From Malacoraja senta (Eukaryota): DNA of 64,000 nucleotides. The translations under genes were made by a program, and so were the position numbers. Below are positions 24,446 through 34,840 of the stretch, piece by piece (within the stretch, counting starts at the first letter, position 1; the number at the start of each line of letters is the position of its first letter). Under the pieces are notes generated by a model. The model made no database searches, had not been told where the DNA came from, and saw only the letters and a program-made list of their open reading frames with translations. The DNA lies in contig CM075989.1 of assembly GCA_038087875.1 (NCBI GenBank), positions 868,001 to 932,000 on the forward strand, read 5' to 3'.

Positions 24446-24923
24446 ATGACTGACTGACTGACTGACTGACTGACCCTAATCCTAATCCTAACCCTAGCTC
24501 AACATTTTTGTTTATCATTTTTACTTAACAGTTCACATCATAACTTTACAAAGATCAACCAATTGTAAAACAAAATTATCAGCAAGGTTAGCATTATCTT
24601 TATTCCTTCGAAACCTTTGTTATTGTTTTCATGTAATTAGGAGGCAGCCATGATCCCAGAGTGCTCGCTGCCTAGCTACCTTGAAACAAAGCGCGTGATT
24701 GGTCAATTGGTGTCCGACGCAATGTCAAACGTGCATTGGTTTGACAATTACTACTCGGAAAATTGGAGGTTTTCCTCGTATGTTAATAATATGTGCAGGT
24801 TTTGTTCTTGACGAGTTTCGGGTATGATTTTTATAATATTTTTACACAATATGTTAAAAATTCAGGTAGTTACGTGATTTGGGTCATGAACTTAAATGAG
24901 AAAGCACCTCGGCCCACAGCCTA

Positions 24924-25045
24924 ATAATTGACCGGTTAGATGCAAAATTGTCCCCAGTGTGCAGGATTGTGCTAGTGTAAGGATTGATCGCTGGTCAGTG
25001 CAGAGCCGGCGGGCCAAATGGACCATTTACGCTCTGTATCTGCAT
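24924..25045 (+). mobile_element. V-SINE (HE1-like), 3' half
   Basis: ATAATTGACC...AAAATTGTCCCCAGTGTGCAGGAT...GATCGCTGGTC...CTGTATC continues the SINE cut at 7029, by comparison with SINE copies at 33780-33868/58929-58977 and ~60300-60500. Confidence 0.78.
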
Positions 25046-25269
25046 CGTCTAAAGACAAAAAGTCATGTCTCCTACATGGATACAGCAATAAACTAGAATC
25101 TCGCACTGAAACCCTTGATATACTGCACACCCTTTTATCGGGTCAATTTGCAACTTCCCCTTGAACCTCCGTGTTTATCGGCCAGGTCTGGGCAAGTTAC
25201 AAACCGCCATGGTAACTTCCAGAGTAGAGTACATTAACTGTACCCACCAAAGCAATATGTAACTTGTTG

Positions 25270-25520
25270 CTTTACCTCCCCCCTCGATTCTATCCAAGGA
25301 CCCAAACTGTCTTTCCAGGTGAGGCAGAGGTTCATCTGCACCTCCTCCAACCTTATCTACTGCATCGGCTGTTGTAGGCGTCACCTTCTCTACATCGGCG
25401 AGACCAAGCGTAGGCTCGGCGACCACTTCGTCCAACACCTCCGCTCAGTTCGTACTAACCAACCTGATCTCCCAGTTGCCCAGCATTTCAACTCGCCCTC
25501 CCAATCTGAATCCGACCTTT
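25270..25520 (+). mobile_element. Penelope-like GIY-YIG fragment
   Basis: FICTSSNLIYCIGC...LYIGETKRRLGDHFVQHL...PVAQHFNSP. Confidence 0.8.
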
Positions 25521-25843
25521 CCCCCTCACCTTAAACCTATGGTTCTCGATTCCCCTACTCTGGGCAAGAGACTCGCCAACTAGATGCTAAATGGGCTTGG
25601 CATCAGAGTCACACATTGGCAGTGAAGGTTTGTCTACAGATGGAGACTTGTGGCAAGTGCTGTTTCTCAGGGATCGGTGCTGTGTCCACTAGTGTCTGCC
25701 ATATTTAGTAACGATTCGGGTGGATGTGGTAAGATGAACAGGTTTGCATGTTGCACCAACATTAGTGACATCGCGGATAGTGAAGAAGACAAACTAAGGT
25801 TACAACAGGATCACAATCAAGTGGGAAAGAGTGATCAATAATG

Positions 25844-28800
25844 AGCCAGGTTTCAGGGCTCACCATAGCACAGAGTCTGCCTTGTTGAAGGTACACAATG
25901 ACCTACTGCTCACCGTTGACTCCGGCGACTGTGCAATTCTGCTCCTTCTTGACCTCAGCGCAGCATTTGATACTGTCGACCATACCATCCTAATTGACTG
26001 TCTCCGGTATGGGGTTGGTATTGATGGCACTGCCCTGAGCTGTTTCATCTCCTACCTCAAAGGTAGGAGTTTCTCGACTAACATAGGCAACTCATTCTCC
26101 TCCCCAGCTAATCTCTGCTGTGGGGTTCCACAACGTTCCATCCTTGGCCCCATTCTCTTCTCCCTGCATATGTTCCCCTTAGGCCAAGTCATTGAAAGGC
26201 ACGGCATTTCCTTCCATTGCTACGCAGATGATACACAACTCTATCTCCCCCTGAAGCCCAAAAACCAATCAAATCTGTTTAACCTTACCCACTGCCTCGA
26301 GGATAAAAAGTGTTGGATGGCCCAGAACTTCCTCCAACTAAACGAGAGTAAGTCTGAGGTCATCCTTCTCGACTGGGCATCCAGAAATGACCTTGCTCTC
26401 ATACACGATCCAAAACAAAGAGGAACATTCCACTCTGCCAGGTGGAACAAGGACTACTCTCCTGACCTGTGCTGGGTCAGCTCTTTGAATGGAACCCATT
26501 ACCCTGCACAGACCCTCATCCTGGAAGATTTCCCACACAGTCAACACCGCCCCTCACTCATACACATCGGCCTACACCTCCCAGTCATAAACAGTCTAAG
26601 AAAGATGCGCTGGAATTTCCGCAAAGCCAACTGGAAGAAATACAGTGAAACTCTAGATCAGAGTGTTGTTACCATCCCACTCCACACCATCACTGTAGAT
26701 GAAGCAAACAACCGTTTCTGCAGCGCCATCTATAAAGCCGCCCACAAAACAATTCCAAGAGGCTACCGTCCCCTCTACGTCCCATGCCTGGATGGAGAAA
26801 GCGCTGCCCTCCTACAAACCTACAAAACATCAGGGGACCCTGAGATAGCAGAACATCTCATTGAATCACTATCTTCAGCTCGGCAAAGGAAATGGGAGGA
26901 GACAGTAGCAGAGCTAAACTTCACCCACTCTAGCAGAAAATGCTGGAGCCTCATCCGCCACCTAGGAGCTGCACAGAAACCCCCCACCCAAAGCCGACTT
27001 CCTGTCACACCCAACCAGGTTGCATTCCACCTACTGAATATTGCAAAAGCACCCCAAGACAAGTCCACTAGAAGAGCTGTCGCGACGAACACCTGGAAAG
27101 GAAAGAAACCCTGAGCCCTTCGAGGTGGCTGAACTGGAGAAGGTCCTGCAGGGCCTGAAATGTGGAAAGGCAGCAGGTTATGATAACATCTCTCCAGAGT
27201 TCATGAAACACCTGGGCCCCCGAGCTCTAACCTGGCTGACCCAACTCTACACTAGGGCCATACAGACTTACTCCATCCCAAAGATATGGCGGACAGCAAA
27301 AGTCATTGCTATACCAAAACCTGGCAAAGACGTAAAACTACCAGCAAGCTACCGCCCAATCTCTCTACTCTGCGTCCCACTCAAAATCTTAGAACGCCTT
27401 ATACTACAACGTATATCTCCAGGAGTAGAAGAGATTCTCAGTGTGGACCAGGCAGGTTTCCGTAAGGACCGCAGTACAGGAGAACAAGTTCTGGCCCTAA
27501 CCACCTGCATTGAAAACGGCTTCGAGAACAAACTGAAGACCGGGGCAGTGTTCCTTGATCTCACCACAGCCTATGACACTGTGTGGAACAAAGGCCTCCT
27601 CCTAAAACTCACCAAAGCACTCCCTGCCTGGGCATCAGAAACCATCAAATCTCTGCTCTCCAACCGCAGGATCAGAGTTCACCTTGGACAGAACAAGAGT
27701 GCATGGATTACACAGAAGAATGGGCTCCCACAAGGGTCAGTTTTAGCCCCAACCTTGTTCAACCTTTACACAAATGACCTACCCACCACCAAATCCCGCA
27801 AATTCATCTATGTAGATGACATCCATTTGGCCTTCCAAGCACCAGATTTTGGTACATTGGAACAGGTGCTCAATGAAGACCTTGCTAAACTAGACGAGTA
27901 CTGCAAAACCTGGCGCCTAAAACCAAGCCCAGAAAAAACGGTCTCCAGTGTGTTCCACCTCCATAATGCAGAAGCCACAAGAGAACCAAACATCTATCTG
28001 AGCAGGACCAAACTGAAGTATGCCCCCACTCCAACCTACCTCGGAGTGACCCTGGACAGGAACCTATCCTTCAAGGAACATCTCAAAAGAACAGCAGCTA
28101 AGGTGAAGTCCAGAAACAATCTCCTCAGTAAGCTTGTTGGCTCAAAGTGGGGGGCAGCAGCCCCCACACTGCGCATTTCAGCACTAGCCCTTGCATTTTT
28201 TCAGCCGAATATTGCGCCCCTGTTTGGTCCAGGTCATCCCACACACACCATGTGGACACCCAATTGAACTCAACAATGAGGATCATCACAGGAACAATCC
28301 ACTCAACACCACTCCCCTGGCTCCCTGTCCTATCCAATATAGCCCCTCCACACATCCGGTGAGTAGCCCTCACTCAAAGGATGCTCCAAAAGACCAAAAA
28401 CTCCCCTCATCTGCCAATTCACATGGACATCTTCAACCCACCCACTGCTCGACTTCTAGACGACCAATTTGGAAGAACGCACCACCAGCTGATTTCACCA
28501 TCCAATCAGCTTGGAAAAAGGAATGGGAGTCCAAGGACGTCCCAAATAAACATCTGGTGTCAGACCCAACCCTACCGGTCCCTGGCACCAATCTCCCAAG
28601 GAAGCAGTGGATGGCGCTGAATAGATTCAGGACTGGACATGGCCCCTGCTTGGCCAGCCTTCACAAATGGGGCAGCAGCCCAACCCCACGGTGTGCTTGT
28701 GGAGAGCAGCAAACAATGCAACACATCATTGAAGCACACCCTCAAAAAAAGACTTAAAGGAGGACTTGTCACCCTTCATACAGCAGATCAAGAGGCAACT

Positions 28801-29668
28801 GCTTGGCTAAAGGACTTTGCATTCGCTAAATAAAATAAAATCCTTCTCGGCCCCTCGGACTCTATCAAAATGATAGCAGGCAGCCTTGGAAGCCTTACCC
28901 CACTACTCAAACCTCACGTCAAAAACCTTGGCGTGATATTTGACTCAGCACTGAAATTTGACAAACAAGTCAATGCCGTGGTAAAAGCTAGCTTCTTTCA
29001 GCTTCGGACGATAGCTAAAATAAAACAATTCTTCCAGTTTGATGACCTGGAAAAGATCATCCACACATTCATCTCCTGCCGCCTAGATTACTGCAACTTC
29101 CTTTACACTGGCATCAGCCAATCTTCCCTGTCCCGCCTGCAACTGGTCCAAAACGCCGCAGCGAGACTCCTGACAGGCACCCGAAAAAGGGACCACATCA
29201 CACCGATCCTGGCCTCTCTCCACTGGCTCCCTGTGCGGTTCCGTATAAACTTCAAGATCCTCCTCCATGTCTACAAAGCCCTCAATGGGCTTGCCCCCAC
29301 CTACATAAAAAGTCTTCTCACCCACCACTCCACCTCCAGGCCCCTCAGATCGGCCGACTTGGGGTTGCTGAATATCCCACGGTCTAGGCATAAGCTCAGG
29401 GGCGACCGCGCCTTTGCGGTTGCAGCCCCATGACTATGGAACAGCATCCCCTTTCCCATCAGAACTGCCCCCTCCATCGACTCTTTTAAGTCAAGACTAA
29501 AGACTTATCTATACTCCCAAGCCTTTCCTGACGTCCTCTGAGTGAGGGCTACATGTATATATGTATGTAGTTTGTTTTGTTGTGCTATTCTTATAACAAA
29601 TGTAAAGCACTTTGGCCAACGAGAGTTGTTCTTTAAATGTGCTATATAAATAAATGTGACTTGACTTG
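25844..29668 (+). mobile_element. L2-clade LINE, 5'-truncated, inserted in an old CR1 and interrupted by a Vingi-like LINE
   Basis: GFRAHHSTESAL, LDLSAAFDTVDH and YADDTQLY motifs; (TGACT)n tail; TSD AATAATG at 25837-25843 and 29669-29675. Confidence 0.9.
26372..28839 (+). mobile_element. Vingi/Ingi-like non-LTR retrotransposon, 5'-truncated
   Basis: End of APE (FPHSQHRP, RWNFRKANW), RT (QAGFR, AYDTVW, GLPQGSVLAP, YVDD), C-terminal CxCG..QTMQHI; no RNase H seen; TAAAA tail; 10-bp TSD ATCCTTCTCG at 26362-26371 and 28840-28849. Confidence 0.85.
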
Positions 29669-29675
29669 AATAATG

Positions 29676-30450
29676 GCAGATGGAATTTAAATCAGAAAGT
29701 GCGAAGTGATCAATTTTGGAAAGTTAAGTCGGGACATGAATTACATACTAAACTCTGGAGAGAGTTTTCGGACAGCAGGCCTCGAGGTACAAGAACGTAG
29801 TTCTTCAATGTTGGCGACACATAGATAGGGTGCTGAGGAAGCCCGCTTGAACGATCACATTCATCGGTCAAGAAATGGAGTAGGAACGTCATGGTACAGG
29901 TATATAAGGCTTTGGTGAAATGAAACTAGGAATATTACGAGCAGTTCTTCCCGCCATAATATTGAATGGGTGCGAGTAAACTCGTGGGGCGCAGGAAACA
30001 CCCACGCGAAACATCCATCAGAGCTGGAGGGTTTGATTTCGAAGGAGACGTTCGACAGGCTATGGCTGTTTTGCCTGAGCGAAAGATGCGTAGGGGCGAC
30101 CTTCTCAACGTTTATAGAACCACATGAGGCACAGTCAGGTGGGTGGTCACAGTCTTGTCCCCGGGGCAGAGTCTGAAAGAGGGTATAACATGTGAGAGGT
30201 AGTAGATTTTAAGAGGAATTAATGGGGATGTTTTTCACATGGAGAGTGGTGGATTTATGGAACGAACCTCTGGAGGAAGTAGCTGAAGCGGGTACAATTA
30301 CGATGTTCAAAAGACACTTGTACAATACAGGGATAGGAGAGGTTTAAAAGGAGATAGGGCAAATGGGAATAGCGCTGGGAGACACCTTGGTCGTTACGGG
30401 CCAGTTGGACCGAAAGGGCCAGGTTCCATGCCGTATGACACAACATCACT
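29676..30450 (+). mobile_element. Old degenerate CR1 3' region (continues from ~25570-25843)
   Basis: WQMEF..KCEV remnant and a CR1-type 3' tail. Confidence 0.6.
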
Positions 30451-30463
30451 GTTAAATACAGTA

Positions 30464-32130
30464 TTTTTTTTTTTTTTTTTTTTAAATAATTTTTTTAATA
30501 GAAGTACGGTAGATTACAGTAATGTACAACACGTATATATTAATACATTTTTTGTACCGCTTCACTTTTTTAAACTTTAAGAAAGAAAAAGAAAGAAGTA
30601 AGAAAAGTGAAGAAAGTGCGCAAAGGTTGTGAAGTGCAAAAGAGTGTTGGGAAAAGAAAGCCCCTTAGAAAAGAAGTTAGAGAAGGAAGTAAAGTTAGAA
30701 AATAGACCCTAGAAAAGAAAGAGAAAGAAAGAAGGAACAATCGCTCTATTATAACTCTTATAACATACTTCATAGAGAAGGAACTACCAACCAAGTCTGT
30801 TTTTGTTTTACCTCCCATTACCAGGTCCAGATACCTTTTATTTATTTATTTGTTTTTCTAAATTACTATTGCACCTCATGCTTGTAATAGGTCCAAAAAC
30901 GTAGACCACGTCTTTTGAAATTGGTCTACTTTGCCTACTAGGAGGAATCTCATCTCTTCCAGATGTAATGTTTCCAACATATTTGATGTCCACATTTTTA
31001 TTGTTGGTGTGGGTGCATTTTTCCAGAATTTAAGTATAAGCTTTTTTCCCATTATTAGCCCATAATTGAGTAAATTCTTCTGATACACGTTTAATTCAGG
31101 AATACCTTCCGATATTCCAAAAATAATCCATTCTGGTTTTGGTACCAGTTTTATTTTGATTAATTTTGAAAAAATATCAAATATTTCAAACCAGAATTTT
31201 TGGATTTTTGTACAAAAAACAAAAGAATGTGCTATGGTAGCTTCTTGACATATACATTTATCACAGATTGGTGAGACGTTAGGAAAGATTTTATTTAGTT
31301 TGGTTTTTGAATAATATAATCTATGTAATGTTTTAAATTGGATAAGCGTATGTCGTACGTTGATCGAGCATTTATGCACCTGTAATAAATGATTATCCCA
31401 ACTCTCTTTTGAAATTTTTATACCTAGATCTTGTTCCCAATCTCTTCTAATTCCATCTGTTGTGGGTATTTCTATGTTTAAGATGATATTATATAAGTAT
31501 GATATTAAATTAACTGATTCCGCCTTTGTCTTCATTGCTTCATCTAGTAAGTCGGAAGGCATATTATAATAATCTTTTGTGTGTGTTTTCAAATAGTCAC
31601 AGATTTGTAGATATTTTAAATATTGATTATTTTTCAAATTATATTTCAGTTGTAGTTGTTGGAATAATAGTAATTTTTCTAATTCATACAGATCTTCGAG
31701 CGTTTTGATTCCCATTCTTTCCCATTGTATAAATGATTTATCTATGATTGAAGGTTTAAACGATGGGTTATTGACTATTGGTATTAAGAGAGATAGGTTT
31801 CTTAATTTTAGATTCTGTTTTATTTGCTTCCATGTTCTAATAGTGCTATATATAATTGGATTTTTATTATAATTTTTATTATTCAAATTTATTGGAGAGA
31901 GAATAATCGCTCCTATATTATTCGGGGAGCAATCCCCTTTTTCCATTATAATCCAGTCCACCTGCTGGGCAGAATTGTCCAGCAGGTGAATCATATTTTT
32001 AATATTTACTGCCCAGTTATAATACATAAAGTTAGGGAGCGCTAGACCCCCCAACTCTTTTCGTTTGTTAAGGTGTGTTCTTTGTATTCTGTGGGATTTG
32101 TAATCCCATATAAAATTTGTAATGTCTGAG
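30464..32130 (-). mobile_element. L1-clade LINE (fish-type), 5'-truncated
   Basis: GGLALPNF, QFKTLHRLY and CDKC...H...C zinc-knuckle motifs; poly(A) tail (T run at 30464-30483); TSD TAAATACAGTA at 30453-30463 and 32131-32141. Confidence 0.9.
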
Positions 32131-32198
32131 TAAATACAGTATAATGGGAGTACTTGCCTCCACCACCTCTTATACTCAGTGAAGGTGGTTCCCTGCAA

Positions 32199-32684
32199 AG
32201 GGCCTGTCCCACTTGCATGCGACTGCATGCGTTTGGCGCGACCAAACGGAAGCGGAGTTCGCGCTAAGTTCGCGGTAAGTACGCGCTAAGTTCGCACATG
32301 ACGTAATTTGCGTCATACTTACCAATCAGCTAGGCAGGAGGCAGGCCGACTGAATTTGGGCGGCGCACGGCGTCGGGCGGTGACGTCATCACGCAACGGC
32401 AAGCCGGGCGGTGACGTCATCACGCAACGCCACGTGCTAGGCATACGCCGTCAAGACGCTGCGTACGCCCTCAATGTGCCTGCGGGCCGACAGGCCGTTG
32501 GCGCGCGGAATTTTAGGACAGTGCAAGATTTTTGGAGCCCCACGCGATGTCGGGACCAGCCCCGCACAACTCCATATGCCTCCGCGCTTCGAAGTGGGAC
32601 CGGCCCCGCGCAGCCCGTACGCCTCAAGCGACCACGTTTGGTCGTGCCAGACGCATGCAATCGCATGCAAGTGGGACAGGCCCT
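32199..32684. mobile_element. PIF/Harbinger-type MITE
   Basis: ~49-bp TIR beginning AGGGCCTGTCCCACTTGCATGCGA; flanks CAA/TAA. Confidence 0.88.
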
Positions 32685-33779
32685 TAAGGCAGTTGCAGTA
32701 TTAAATGCATGAATGTGTGGTTGCCCATTTTGGTGACTTAACCAGAAAGACAGATAGACCGGGTAAACGAGATGGTGGCAACGGATGTCCCTTTGGATTC
32801 GCCGCAGGATATTTATATGTAATTACAACAGAGGCTTCTTTGTTATTTTAGTATTTACATTCCATTTTCTATGAAAGTATAGGTGCTCAAGACGTCATTG
32901 CTGACTCATGCGGCAACAATATCGCAGTTTTCCCAGACCAACAACTTGAGACTCAATCACAACACACGGAGTGAAATCATCTCCATCCACTGCCCGTGGG
33001 CGCTGCACTGCCGGATATTTTACCTCCCATCCCCACAGTCTCCTCGATACTCGGCTCTCCCCTAAGCAGCTGTGCTTCGAGCTGCCAATCTGAGAGATAA
33101 TAAATTACAACTGAAACCGCAACCATGAAACCATTTATTTAGCAGTACAACTATTGTGCTTGAGGGACAGTTGATACCAAAGATACTAGAGGAGCTATAG
33201 GATCTTTGGTTGATACCAGACTGAACCGAATCTGGATCCCGTGGCGAAGGTGTCATTCGGGCTCCGCGGGTCAACATTTGATCGCACCACGGCAACGTCC
33301 AATCTCAGGGTCACTGGTGCAGGTCTGAAAGCAAATCCCCCCAATATGGGAACAATGGCCAGAGACCACAGCATGAGATTTAGTAAATCAGCTGGCAGAT
33401 CAATATGTTATCAATACAGTGATGAATGGGAGTTTTGAAAGTCAATTCTGTGGTTTGGATGTAGAATATGGAATGTAGTACAGTACAGGAACAGGCCTGC
33501 CAGCCTACAATGTCCGGCCTGAGCCTGATACCAAGTTAAATTAACCTCATCTACCAGCACGTGATCCATATCCTCCATTACCTGCATATCCATGTGCCTC
33601 TTCAACTATCATATCTGCCTCCACCACCATTCCCGGCACCGGCAGAGCCTTCCAGGCCCCCTCCACGCTACGTGTAAAAACGTGGACGCACATCCATTCC
33701 AAATGTTGCCTTCTCGCCTTTAAATTATACTCTCTGTCTACTCACACTGCCTCTTACAATTGTATCTACTTGTATCAGA

Positions 33780-33868
33780 TCGCATGGGTTTTCTCGGGGT
33801 GCACTGGTTTCATCACACACTCCAAAGACGTACAGGTTTGTAGGTTAAATGGCTTCCGTAAATTGTGA
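33780..33868 (+). mobile_element. V-SINE fragment split by DIRS (remainder at 58929-58977)
   Basis: V-core-like sequence up to ...AAATTGTGA-ATT; resumes as CCCCCTAATGTGTAGGATAC after 58928. Confidence 0.75.
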
Positions 33869-34840
33869 ATTTTACTTCGGAGTCACGTGTGAATACGTGC
33901 AGAAGGCCGTCAGCACGCATGCGCGTCATTACATCTAACGCATTGCGCAACGACTGACTGGCAGGCGCGTCACTCCTTCCAGCGGTAATTTTAAACCTGC
34001 AGGTAAGTTTCGAACTTATTTCCAGGTTCTGTTTTTTCTTGCAGGAATCTCTTCTTAGAGTTTTTCCTGCTGGATAACTTCGGGGCGAAGTCCGGACGGG
34101 CCGCGGGGAAACCCGTTATGGACCGTGGGGAGATCCCGGTCCGGATTGCGGAAGCGCGGGTAGCCGTCGGACGTCGGGTTCGCTACCCAAGTCGCTGACA
34201 ATGTGGTCAGCGGCTCCCAGACCGCTGTGGTTCCCCAGAAAGAGGGTAAAGCCAAAAGTAAGTCGGTTTCGCCACCCGAGTCGCTGACAGTGCGGTCAGC
34301 GGCTCCCAGACCGCTGTGGTTCCCCAGAAAGGGGGTAAATCCAAGAATAAGTTGGTTAGGCCTATGGACTCGGATGAGTCAGGCCAGGAGGGTTCCCCTC
34401 CGACATACCTGGGTGCGTCCTCGGACGTTTAACCTAGATGGAGCATGGATTGCGCCCTCGGGCTTTATCCCACAAATGTGATGCTCCAGATATAGGTCCG
34501 TAGGAGGGGCCATATCAGCGCAGGTATTCTCAGGGGCCTGCGGCAGCACCTGTTTTCAGGGCTGCCTATGAATCTCCCTCTCTGTGGAGGGGAGTGTGAG
34601 TGGTCAGTGTGCAACTGACTTCAAAAGTCGAAAGTATATCTGTGGAACATACTGGAGCACATGCATATGGCTTCAAGGGAATACTCGCAAACGAAGGTGT
34701 TGCCGCCGGAAGAGTTGGTTTCCAGCCATTGGCAGAAAACCCGGAAGGGGCCAGAGTTCCCCTCACGCTACAAGTGCCGGCAGCTACAAGTACAGCACTA
34801 TCAGGGGTGACATTGGAGGGGTCATGAAATCCAGGAAATA

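Larger units (their letters stand above)
18191..24923. mobile_element. Non-autonomous TIR DNA transposon, copy 2, expanded by nested insertions
   Basis: TAGGCTGTGGGCCGAG ... CTCGGCCCACAGCCTA; segments 18191-18429, 19858-19942, 21780-22541 and 24447-24923 align in order with copy 1. Confidence 0.87.

Noticed and set aside
7030..24923. The two repeats as LTRs of a retrotransposon
   Set aside because: Each copy has its own TIRs and lacks TG..CA ends, PBS and PPT; there is no gag/pol between them.
30876..32228. 450-aa gene starting in the MITE
   Set aside because: L1 ORF2 C-terminus extended by chance through flank and MITE; bounded by a TSD and poly(A).
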